A stretch of DNA of 64,000 nucleotides from Massalongia carnosa. Its lineage: Eukaryota. The notes beneath the pieces were generated by a model, which saw only the letters and a list, made by a program, of their open reading frames with translations, had not been told where the DNA came from and did no database searches. Made by a program: the position numbers and the translations under genes. Position 1 is the stretch's first letter; each line of letters begins with the position of its first letter. The stretch lies in the NCBI GenBank assembly GCA_965645245.1, contig OZ287068.1, forward strand, positions 930,001 to 994,000, written 5' to 3'. Positions 36,666 through 48,477 of the stretch are shown here, one piece after another.

Positions 36666-38062
36666 TTCAACATGAACTCCAGTATCTTTAATTAATATCT
36701 AAAGAATCATAATAATTATTACTGTTCATGATGTTTGTTTGCTGCCTTTGGCTGTCTAGAAGAAAATTGCTTGAGTCCAGTTATTTCATGTAACCTACAG
36801 ATTTTGTTACTAGTTGATCCAGAGCCTAAGAAAAGGGACTGGACAGGGCTGATGTCCATAAGTTTGAACATAAATTCATCCATTCAAAGCATGTGAAAGG
36901 CTCATGGCTGCGTCTTGAAATTTGATGCAACAATAACGTGAGCAGCAAATTCGGAGCAGCTTGGAATCTATCATAGGACCTAGGGACTTTGTGCAAGCGT
37001 ATACAATAGTTATACATCCTCAAACAAAGACTCTTCGTACGTCCTTCGACTCATACCCAACGACGCACCTTCCCACCCATCGGGGCGTTCTTCCGTTCTG
37101 ATCTCTAACCTCCTCAAGTCTCACAGCACCCCAAGTTCCTTCCATCAATAACTCCTGGGATCCTTATAAGGATTTGCAATCGTCCTTATCATTAGTTTAA
37201 CCTGCTTTCCATACACTCCAGCACCTCTCTCATCTCCCGGTTCACAAAACTCTTAAGCATTGATTTCTGATCAACCAACCTGATAATCAGCGATCTCGGC
37301 TCCGCATCTTCTCTGGTATGGTGCTGTCGAAAACGAGCTTGGATGTTTAAACTTTCATTCCCTATCCCTTTCTTGAGACTCAACCAAATCTCTCCTATCT
37401 CCTTAATCTCTTCACTATCGACTTTGCGGCCCATCAAATACCGACGGTACGTCTGATACGCCAAGAGCAAATTCCTTCAAGCAAACTCCCTTCCCCGTCC
37501 GAGCTGCTCAGTATTGGGAAGAGAAAATGTGTGAGGAAAGAGGAGTTAAGTATATAGCATGCAAGGGTCTGGGATTGCCGTGAACGCCGAGAGGTGGAAG
37601 GAGGCAGCAGGTTCGAGCGAATTAGAAAAGATCGATCACTCCTCTCGTTTCTACTCTATTCAAAATCCCAACTGGGCTTCCACATCGGCGTTCTTTCATC
37701 TTCATCTGCACTTGAATTTTGAGCTTTCAAGTGAAACAGAAACCCCCCCAAAAATCATAAAAAGTGGCTCCGCCTAAATTGGGTATATAATTTTGATTTC
37801 CAGAATGCAGAAACAAGGAAATCTCCTGACTTCATTCTTGGGATAGACTAGGCTTTCCCATTTCTGCGGGCGTGTAATTAACAGAGGGCTTGCAGATTCG
37901 GATGAAGGAGTTCCGCCTTACCAGGTTGGATGATACTAACTAGTAGAGGCGAGAACAATATCTTTTCGCGTCAAAGCTTGGGTGGGGGCTTTTTCCTTGT
38001 AAAGATGGTGGAACTACAGGGAGAGGATAGGCTAAGTCAGGGGTAAGGTTGACGGATGGCAA

Positions 38063-39343
38063 CTATCGGGACGATTCCAGCCACGACGCCCCTCCCAACA
38101 AAAGGGCGCACCCGAGTAGCGCCCAAGCGCCTACAACCTGTTGGCCCCAACCCATGCCTACCTCCACTTTTGCGGCGCCTTGCGTTCGCTGCCCTCTGGC
38201 TGGAAGCGCGGGCTCTTTAAGTTCTCTGGCATTTTTCATCGACAAATCTTCCGTTGCGTTCATAATTCCATTCCCGCTCCAGTCTTTTCGCCTCCGCGCA
38301 ATCTCGCTCAACCGTCTTAGATCTTCTTTCCACTCGCTATCGTTCGCCCCTAGCCCGCCTTCAACCTCAACACCCTGCACATTTCCAAAAAAATCCATCA
38401 CCAGCCGCTCCCGGCCCCTCTCTGCACCACCGGGAAACAAGTCCCACCGGACGCCGGGGCGGCTGTGGATCTTGGTCTCATCATAACTGTCGAACAGGTC
38501 GGCAAGGGTAAGCTTCGAGGCCGGTGACGTGACCTGGGACTCGAGGAAGTCAAGATTGTAGTAGGTCCACCGGTCGATGACGGCAACGCCGACGTCGTTA
38601 TCAGCGTGATGTGAGTACGATGACTGGTCAATCTCGGAGCTGCCCGTTGCGATGATGTTGGGCGTGTATAGGCGCGAGTACATGGTGTTGGCTTGACACG
38701 TATCGATCATGAAGAGCATTTCGTTGTATCTGTGATGAAAGGGGAGGAGATGATTAGTCAATAGGTTGTGTCAGGAAAGGCAGGTTTGTGTACCTATGGC
38801 CTGACAAATCGGGATATTGACGTACCGCTTTTTCTCCCACATCTGTTCGAATGCATCCGCCAGATCCCAACTGCCTATCTCCTCGCTGTCTTGAAACTTG
38901 AGGAATTCATTCCCCCCGTGCCCAGTCATATACACCAACACATTACTTCCAGCATCGCTACCTAGCCGCTTCCCGCGCGGGACATCCTCACCTAGGCGGT
39001 CCGTGAGCAGCCGGATGAAGTTCTCGACCGTAACCTCGTAGCCGCGGTAGTCGACCTCAATGTTGTCACCGTACAAGTCGAGTGCGCGGTCGGCGTTGTT
39101 GTATACGGTGCCGGGGAACGCATTACGCGGGTTACATGCCATGTCGTCGGGGAGCATGAGAATGATCTGCGAGTCTGGAATACCCAGCCGCTTTACGGTA
39201 CGGTATAGCGAAAGCACATTGGCTAAATGTCGATAGTTGAACCAAAAGCGCGAAGTCGAGACAAGGACTGCCCAGTTTGAGGTATGGAGTGGGGTGGTGA
39301 GAATGGGGAGCAGCGCCAGGAAGACAAGCTTCATAAACTTCAT
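38063..39343 (-). CDS. GPI8: GPI-anchor transamidase catalytic subunit (peptidase C13), 2 exons
   Basis: [30 protein letters not shown] (His), IDTCQA (Cys), signal peptide and C-terminal TM; intron GTACGT...CAG near 38824-38730. Confidence 0.97.
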
Positions 39344-39707
39344 GCTGGGAAGGAATAACGGAACAAAAAGTAGAAACAAGACAAGGTCGGAGGAATTGGA
39401 GGGATTGAAGACGTTGGAGGAGTTAGAGAAACAAAACTGTACTCTTCAATTAGGGTTCTGTCTTGGCACTGGATGAGTAAGCGATGGATATTCCTTCAGA
39501 ATTGAATAAAGTTGCTGTTTCAAACAGGTTAGCATTCTTTGCACTTAAGCATATCACAGAAGCTTTTATGGATAGAGTGCTCCGTGCTAACTTGCTAACT
39601 TTCCGCACAGACCAGTGCGCCGCCGCCACTGTTCTGAGCACATTCAACTCACACTCAGCGCCAAGTTATGCTCCTGAGCAGTTCAGCAAGCAGACCACGT
39701 GATTTAT

Positions 39708-40592
39708 CTAGTCCTGTCCAGAACCCTCCTCCGCCTTCCGTACATTCGCTACTCCGATTTCAAAGGCTTCTGCCATGACGATAGCGCCTCGCACTACCGC
39801 ATAAACTCTCCATAAGCCATAGCCTCCTGCGCCTGCACTTTGTAGGTAGGCGAAGAAGCTTCTTGCTACAATTGGACCAGCGATGGATTGGTAGGCAGCC
39901 GCCGCCGACCCTACACACAATTAGCGAGAAGCACAGGTTAGATTCAGCGTATCAACTAGCTTACCAGCAACAACACCCTCAGAGGAAAACCCGATATAAC
40001 CAAGGATTGGTCCTACCACAATTCCTGGTGAAAGAAGGAGAATTGCGCAAGTAAGGTGGAAAGCAACCTGCCATGGATGTTTTTTCGCCCAATCCAATAG
40101 AGCTGAGACAATACGGCCTAGGTCGGCTTCAGTAACGGTATTCGGAGATCTTGCTGCGTTGGATATTGCAGCAAAATGACGCTGAAGCTCTTCTGTGTCT
40201 ACAGCCATGGGCTGGCTGGATTCATAACTGGTATCCTTTTGAGCCTTGTTTACCAAGGTGAGGATTGCGTTCTTGAGGGTTTCTGTAATGTCTTCAAGCA
40301 GTATAGATGCCACTTTTGGTGCGCGTGTAACCTCGACCACGAAATGAAGGGCTTCTGTTTTCACGGCAAAAGCAGCAAGGTCTTCTTTTCCGTGAGCCAC
40401 ATATTCATCACCCTTCTCAACCAGAACAGCGATGAAGTCGTCCAAGCTGATAGCAATCTCCTCGTCCGGTATGGTTAGTGCAGGAAGTTTTTGGCTGACC
40501 TTGATATCAAAGCCTTGTGACGCTTGATCACCCTTGGCTGCTGAATCTACCTTGTAAAGCGACATTATATTTTGCTTGACTACAGGATCCAT
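39708..40592 (-). CDS. Protein with C-terminal IFI6/IFI27 (ISG12)-like hydrophobic motif, 2 exons
   Basis: Spliced C-terminus LGYIGFSSEGVVAG/SAAAAYQSIAGPIVARSFFAYLQSAGAGGYG; intron GTAAGC...CTAAT...TAG. Confidence 0.7.
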
Positions 40593-42569
40593 GGATATCG
40601 AGGTCTAATTGTGACAAGAACGACTTCCTGATTAATGATGAAAGTAGTGAGTAGGTGACACTTTGAATGAGTTTGCTTGATGGTGATCTCTCGATTTATA
40701 CCTGTGAGGTAGCCTTACGAACGGAGTCTTGCATTCGCGCCGCGGATATTAGTTGCATTCATCATTTTGTTCATCTTGCTTGAGGAGCAGCGATCAAAGT
40801 CTCATCTCTAGCAAGATTAAGAGAAAACGATATGGAAGTCATTGGGGAAGGCGCCCTAAGCTTAAACTTTATGTTCACACTGTTTAATATAATCACCCCC
40901 ATCTCCTACTTATTGGCAGCGACTCATCCACATTCTAACGGAACTTCGCGCCTCGTCTCCCTTACCGCTAGGCCAAAACTGCTTTATCCTCTATACCTGT
41001 TGCTAAAACATGGATTCCTCTTTGTGCTATAGATCATGTACGCCTTGGCTGTACTAATGGAAAGTAACTGACTCAAACTCACTGACGAGTTATTCGTTGT
41101 GCGGCCAATCGACCAACTTGGAGAAAATTAAAGCCCAGTCACACGCGTCCAGCTTGATTCTGCTGTGCCGCTACTCTGCCTTAGTCCTATCCTTTCCAAG
41201 ACTTTTACCTGGCACCTGGTAGGACTCTTAGTCACAGCACCTATTTCTTAATGACGCCCGGGCGAAGGTTTCGCTGGAGGTGGTCCTAACCAAAAGCGTT
41301 TAGATATTTATTGTACAGTCACGTCTACTAGAGTTATAACCGATTTAAAGGAAACTAGACACACGCCCGTATCTACGAAAAAAAGCTTCATTGCTGTTCT
41401 ATCGTAAAGATCGTTTTGTTGGTTTTGGGCCTAAACACTCATTGCCGATTCGTGAAAGCACGATGGATTTCGAACCCAGCGTATGTAGAAGATTAGTGCC
41501 ATCTCAGCATTTGTTTCATGAGTAGTTTTCATGACTGTTCTTGCTCATTTACCAGTTGCCCTTTATACTTCATTTTCAGGCTTTCTTTTGTTAAGAAAGT
41601 TGTCTTCAGCCCAGCACCCTTTAAAAACTCACTATCGCAAACAGATTTCCTCTCGATGCCTGGGTCTGATAACTGTGTATCACTCTGTGATGCAAGCATG
41701 CTCTGTGGTTGAGTCTTTACCACCCTAGTAGCTTTTACTGTTTGAAGATGAATTGCTGGTTCCTTCGCAGCATTGGCGGCGAGTGCTGGAGAGTGCAGGA
41801 CGATATACTGTATCGAGCTCATTAAATGGGTGACGGGACGTTTTCGGTCATCTACGAACGATGTTAGGCTAGTGAACCTACTTTTGATAAGCAATGGCCC
41901 TGGCTTCCACCGGTTGAAGAGTTTCATATCTCTATTAGCGCTACATTTGAAATAGCATCTGCAATGCCTCTGCCTGCTATATCTGAGAATTGTTAGCTAG
42001 GACTTGCTTCAGTTATGAGAGGTCGACTTTATGGGATCTTAATCTAAGTCTAGCAACGAAGACTACGAGTATTGAAATATGAGTGGTTTTGTGAGAAAGT
42101 CCCTTATGTGCTAAGCTTTCGATGTTCAGTCATCAATCTATTGTTTGCACCATCCAATAATGCTGTCCCATCTGTTTCCCCTCTTGACGTGTTTCGCATA
42201 TTCCTTCAGCTCTACCCGATGATCCTTTCTCTTTCAGTATCTTCTTACCACCGATACGGAAAAAGCCCGGTTGAAGAGGAATAACACTTCGTGGTATAAA
42301 TTCACTAGTAGCATGGATCGGCCCGACCCTAGAAGAGCTTGACAATATCGAGAAGGCTTTGAGTTCAGATAGGGGGTCGATATAATCCGTTTCGAGTGGT
42401 ACAGCTGCCTCTTAACTTTTTTTTTTTTGAAAGAACAACAAAAAATCGTATCTCTGCCTTGAGAATGGGTCGAATCCCGGTATCCTACAGAATCGCCTCC
42501 CACGATCTATTCCACAAGGCTACTCTTTAGTAGGTGAATCTCTCGCTAGCTTGATACTAACAAAACAGC

Positions 42570-42850
42570 TATGGTACAGCTATTCGGCCGGGGGTAATGC
42601 TTAGTTGTTGGGGATCCTCGAGTTCCAAATGGATGAGCACATCTGGATTAGCGGTGGAGGCACCAAATGGCACAAAATACATCACAGAAGCGGCACATGG
42701 GTTTCCAGCGCCACCCACCGGCGTCTGTCATCCAACAGGCGATGTTTTGCGAATTGAAAAGATCAAGCAAAAACTAGCAGGTAGTGACATTGTGTTCGCA
42801 AGACGCTCAATGTCAAATACTTTATCGATAAACAATCCCGGTGTATGAGA
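42570..42850 (+). pseudogene. Degenerate fragment of an uncharacterised fungal protein with a trypsin-like AAH motif
   Basis: IRPGVMLS...STSGLAVE...KYITEAAHGFP...HP...SDI in a short frame bounded by stops. Confidence 0.35.
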
Positions 42851-43321
42851 ACGTTGGGATGAATTATTGGTTTGCAGCAGCTCCATATTTAAAGATGTCA
42901 AAAGCGAGCGGTACATGAATTAGATTAGGATATAATTGTCCAGAGTTCACACTTTTAGGATAAAGATCTTCCATCACGAAGAATCCCTGATCGGCTGCTA
43001 AGCTCACTGCAGTGATGGTTATTGTAAAAAGTTCACGGGTCAGAGGAAGTGTGTGATGCCGAATCTGTAGAACCCATTGGATTTAGTTGTAACTATCCCC
43101 TAATCATTGAAGGAACTGGTTTAATTGAAGAGGGAATGGGCCGTAGTTTCTTCTTGAATGAGCTCGTACTGCTTTCATCCATCGAAAGTCTGCTGGTCTT
43201 TATCATCTCGCGCTATAAATAGATTACCGAGTACCTCGACGCATATGCACATGAATTACTGACTATCTTGGATTCAGTTCTTCAAGAACTCCCAAGAATA
43301 ATATCTGTACTCAAGTACATA

Positions 43322-44154
43322 ATGGCAAAAAAACAGGCGGGAGAGAACACCAAAAAGGTGGCCGGTAACGCCAAGGTAACTATCACAAAACCCTCCAGGC
43401 TCCATACCCAAATGCTAACAGAGTCCGTTAAGAAAGCCGAAGCAGCCAGCCAAAAAGCTGCCGCCGAAAACGCAAAAAAGGCATCAGCCGAAGATCAAGA
43501 ATGGAGCAAGGGCACCAAATCGAACGCTAAAAAGTCCGCATGCCTTTCCCCCTCTTGTCCTTAAGCTTACTATCTACCTACTCCCCCACCACCCAAACGC
43601 TAACACAACCAAACCCACATAGAGAAGAAGCCGAGCAAAAGAAACAAGAAGCGGCGCGCAAAAAAGCCGAAAAGGAAGCCCTGCTTGCCGCCGAAGAAAA
43701 AGACGCCCGCCCCATCCCAAAAGGTGCCTCGGCGAAGTCCGCCCCCAAAAAAACCCGAGGACTCGACCTCGCCCAACTCGACGACCCCGCTCCTTCCGCC
43801 CCCACGGGCTCAGCAACTTCCGTCCCAGCCCTCAACGCCACAGGCATCGACAACGCCCTCGACGCACTCTCCCTTACGGCCGCCAACCCGTCGGAGCAAA
43901 TCGACCGCCACCCGGAGCGGCGCTTCAAAGCCGCCTACGCGGCCTACGAGGCGCGGCGCCTACCGGAGCTAGAGGCGGAGCAGAAGGGCCTGCGGCGGCA
44001 GCAGCGGATCGACGTCGTGCGTAAGGAGTTCGAGCGCAGTCCCGAGAACCCGTTCAATCAGGCCAGCGCGCGCTTCGATAGCACGAGGGAGGAGATGAGG
44101 GATATTAAGGAGACGGAGAGAGCGCGCACGGAGGCGAGGCTGGTGGGGAAATGA
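43322..44154 (+). CDS. CCDC124 / Lso2 / Oxs1 (DUF1014) family protein, 3 exons
   Basis: GENTKKVAGNAK, LNATGIDNALDAL, IDRHPERRFKAAYAAYE, KEFERSPENPFNQ; introns 43376-43432 and 43534-43622. Confidence 0.92.
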
Positions 44155-44865
44155 GTGGGCGTTTTCTTTCGTTGGGTGGTGGGTTTACGTATGTAGCTGG
44201 GGAGATGGTGGGGTGCTGAAATGCTGAAACGAAAAAATAGACCTTTGTTTGCGAGAGGTTCAGGTTAGGCGTCAATTGCACGGATGAAAGCCAGGATCTT
44301 GCATACATGTCTCTCTTTCTCCACCCCACCCCCCTCTCCTCAAACCCGCTTGCCCCCCAAAGATCCATTATTGATCGTCCCATTCCCATCTAGTCAGCCT
44401 CCGGCCCCCCCTACCGATCCAGTAATTAACACATAAATCCCCCAAAGACAATAAGAAAAAAGAGGGGGAAAAACGAAAAAAAAATGATAAAAGGGGGGAG
44501 GGAGAAAAGACAGGAGAAGAGCGGAGTGGACGGATGGATGTGGGTCGCATTTCTGCTGAAGCTTGCTTTGAAGTAGAGGGTGAAAACATAAACAAGGTAG
44601 TGAGCGAAGGTTTGTACAGTTACCCATCGTAAGACTTGATAAGAAAGGTTAAATATGCTGTACTCGGTATGTATGCTCATTAACAGATGCATGATTGCTC
44701 CCTCGCTTTAGCTGATATATTCCTAAAGCTAGAGCCTATACCCAAAAGTTCTCGCCGAATCAGCCCCCTGAAAAAGCGCTGTTCCTATGCCAATGCAAGT
44801 ACCACAGGAAAAAGAGAAAAGGCAACCTCGCTGTGTTAGCTGTGCAACGAACCAAAACCCTAACT

Positions 44866-47542
44866 TTAACCAACGACGATCTTCATGCTCAAAGATTCCA
44901 GAAACCCGCTCAGCTCCTCCTTCTTAACCTCGACGACGCAATGATCGAAGCTGTCAGTGCGGATGCTGACGTTAGTTTCGTCGATTACTTCCTGGTACGC
45001 GTTGCCGAAGCGATTCCGGCCGGAACCGCGCTTGATCATGAGATCAGTAATATCGTCATCGCTCTCGTCGTCGTCTTCAGTCTCGTCGCCGTCGTCGTCA
45101 TCATCTTCATCTTCATCTTCACCTCCCTTCTTCCTCTGTGAGCGCTCTCTCCTCTTCTTCTCCCGCTCCGCCTTCTTTTCTTCGCGCATCCTTGCTTTCG
45201 CTTCAGCCTTCTCTTTCCGCTTCTGCCTAGCCACGAAATCTATTACTCCTCCGCCACCACCCGTGCCTACTACCACGTAGACGCCTCTTGCTTCGTTCAA
45301 TCCTGCCATTACTAATGGCGTGCCTTTTCCATTTTTGCCGACTTTCCCTCGGTGCTCGCGTTCCTGCTCGGCAATAGCCTCGCCAACCCAAAGCGCCAAT
45401 TTCGTCAGAGCGGCTGGGTGGGTGAAAAGTATAACGTCGGGCCCTTCTTTGACAACTGCCATACGGAAAGCACGAAGATGTCGAATCTGCTTTTTCTCTA
45501 TGAGAGACGTTCCGGTGCGCAGAATCGCTCGGTGAAGATGCTGTGCTGTTGGAAGGGCGTGCTTTAGCGCTTCGATGCTGTCCTGAATATCAGTGCAAGA
45601 AACTATGACGGCCACAAGCAAAAGAGGCAATACTTCTCCAATGCATCATAGGCTTCCCAGAATCTTTGTACCCATTCCTCGCTCTCCGCTTTGCCATCTT
45701 CGTCCACCAATTCCACTTTTTCCGTTCTCCCCCGGTTCCAGTCTCTTGCAGTATCAATCGTATGTACCCCTGATTTTCCTACTTCGAGGATAGACCCAAC
45801 AATCACACCAACATCGATTGCGCTCAGACACGCTTTCCATCCCCAGCTTCTGATAAACCCCCAACCCTCCTTCCCTCGACCAGCGGCGGGTGCAGGGGGC
45901 ACAAGCCCATCAAGTCCATACATGGGCGCATAGGTCAGCAGCCGTTGTCGTAGACCACGCTTAAGATCCATATCCATGTGAGTATAACTTTGCTTGCACT
46001 GAGTCAAGCTGACGCCCATCTTGGCGAGAAGTTTATGGAGCCGTTTTCGACCTTGATCACTCCAGATATGCAACCGAGCAGACAGATAAGGTGAATGTAA
46101 CATGCTATCATACAAAGACCAGTGCCTGATGAGTAGGAAACGTGGCTCGGGAGATAACCGAATAGATGTATCTGTTGGCGAACGGGCGGTGGTTGGAATA
46201 ACACCAGATACTTCTCCTCGTGCCAGTTCTCGGGCAGTGTCGCTAGGGTCTGGCGGGTTAAGCCGTCGAACCTCGTCTCTAAACGCTTGCCGCAACTGCT
46301 CTCCTCGCTCGCCCCCCCAACCCGTAGATCCGCCGGCTTCTAATGAAACAGAGATCCCAACACCGGTCATACTACGACCATAGAGTTCAAGCGAACTGAC
46401 ACCAACAATCGCATGCCATAGAAGATCGTTGTCTTCGCGGCCGAGATCCTCAGCCAGGGAGTAGAGGATCGATGATATCGGTTCCGAATAAGATGCACCC
46501 AGGGAGTAGTAGGCTTCGAGAGTTGAATGATGCTTGCGGCGTAAACGAAGAAGCCTTCGACGAAGCGCACAGGCTGAAGGCGGTCTTGGGAGAGTCGGCG
46601 ATTGGCCACGATAATGAGGTGACGGCGAAGGCGAATGAGAACTGTCGAGCGCTGTCCGTCCATTGACGTTAGGGAGAGGAGTCGAGGGAACACTGTGGTT
46701 GGAAGGACGGCTAGGTGATGAAGCAGCAGAATGGTCCTATCTCAAGGATTAGCCTTCAGTAGACATGGTGGTCATTACTTCCATACGGAGTTACTTCTCC
46801 GCCTTTGACGAGGTCTACCGTTCTCAATATCACTTTCTGTATTTATTCTATCTGTAACGGACCATGACTTCCGCTTCTTAGACCGCTGTCCATCGGGAAC
46901 GGGTTCAGGGGGCTCGCTGTCAGCCCCGGAACTGTCAGAGTCTTCGCCATCGTCCTCGATGTCTGGCATCTGCACAAGCTCGCAGTATGCTTCCTGTTCG
47001 GCAGCTAATTCTTCCTCGATATCTCCGTCATCAAAAACTATTATTCCACCCTGTCCAGGCTTGTAAGATGGCTGTAGACGGCCTTTTTTAACACCAAGTT
47101 CCCCAGAAATATCTGCCACCATCTCTGCGGGATTTCCTCCGAAAACATTGCCCAGATTCCATGGTCGTCGAGCATCAATTAGCCACACTTCCACGCCCCC
47201 AGACGGATCTTCTCCATCCTCATCAGCTTGCAAGCCCAGCACCACAGAGAGATCCACTAGCCCGCCTACGCCGAGACAGACTACCACACCACCACTTCCC
47301 CCATACTCTGTTTTCATGGGTCGTACTAAATTCTCCCCTACCAGACTAAGGTCTCCATAGCCTGAGATCGGTTGGATTTTATGTGGAATGTAGTCGCGTT
47401 TCAGAAGAGCAGTAAGGATCCGGCACGCGCACAGTGCATCCGGCTCCAAGGCAACAAGAAGGAGAACTGGTGGGGAAAGAGCATGATGAGTTCGAATCAG
47501 ATGCTGGTAGAGATGGGATATTAAGTTGCGTGGAAGATACAT
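44866..47542 (-). CDS. CDC45: DNA replication initiation factor Cdc45, 3 exons
   Basis: LVALEPDALCACRIL, IDARRPWNL, LGREDNDLLWHAIVG, LIRHWSLYDSMLHSPY, RNRFGNAYQE; two GT-AG introns. Confidence 0.96.
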
Positions 47543-47858
47543 AACGTGGAATTGAATGGTTAGGGTGCTTCAGGCTATTATCGTGAGGTCGGTTCAGAAA
47601 AAATTGTTCGTAAAGCAGGTACATATGCCAAATGCCAAGTGCTCTATCCCACGAAGATTCATGGGTAAAGCATGGCCGAATGGAATACGGCCTGTTGTTT
47701 TGTCGAGAAAGTTACTTTTTGGGACCACGTTAAAGACTTCAATCCCTCGACAAAGATAGAAATAGAGCTTTCATTGCCTCCACATGTACGGAGTGAGTAT
47801 ATGATCCACGAAGTAGGAAAAATATGGATAGAAATACAGAGAACTGATATCTTACTCG

Positions 47859-47886
47859 ACGCGCTCTCGATGGCGTTGGTACGCGA
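47859..47886. promoter_or_regulatory. Possible MCB-like (ACGCG) elements upstream of CDC45
   Basis: ACGCG at 47859 and ACGCGA at 47881, about 320-340 bp upstream of the ATG; CDC45 is G1/S-regulated in budding yeast. Short motifs, could be chance. Confidence 0.3.
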
Positions 47887-48477
47887 GTCCATACTTAGCT
47901 AATTAGCGTAATGCTAACTAGGTATCTTTTACACGCTAGTGATCTTAAGTCACGTGCCAATATGACTGACACAAGACTCGTGCAGAGCACCACCTAAACA
48001 TTACCTTTCTACTCAACTATACGGAGCATGCGTCGTGGGGTTTTCTCGTCATTCTGGATAGCCGTCAATGGATAATCATAAGGACCTCATATGGGAAAAT
48101 GGCTCATACACTAACTTAATTGGTGTACTGCCGGATGCAGGCAGGCAATACAATGGACTCATCTTCACGATGTTATCATTTCCTCTCCAGGCTGATTTGT
48201 TTGCGGTGATTCTCAGGCTTTGAAATCAGCAGACTTCTTTCTTTGTTTTATTGTCTCTACTCAAGCTTCTTTCATGTTTTTCTTGCGGCAATGGACTCAA
48301 TATTTATTCTCCCAAGTCCTGATGGTGAATATTCAAGCTATAGAAGCGCTCATCCGAGTATCTCTATCAATATACTATTTATAACCGTGTTCTTGCGTAT
48401 ATACTCGTTGACTGATAACTTCCTCCTTTTCGTGGACTCTTATAGCAGCATCAACAGGACGTCAGGCCCTTCTAGTT

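Noticed and set aside
36830..37480. Coding-like minus-strand remnant beside tRNA-Thr
   Set aside because: Broken by stops with no family motif I can identify.
41463..41482. B-box-like GGATTTCGAACCC
   Set aside because: No cloverleaf or A box at suitable spacing.
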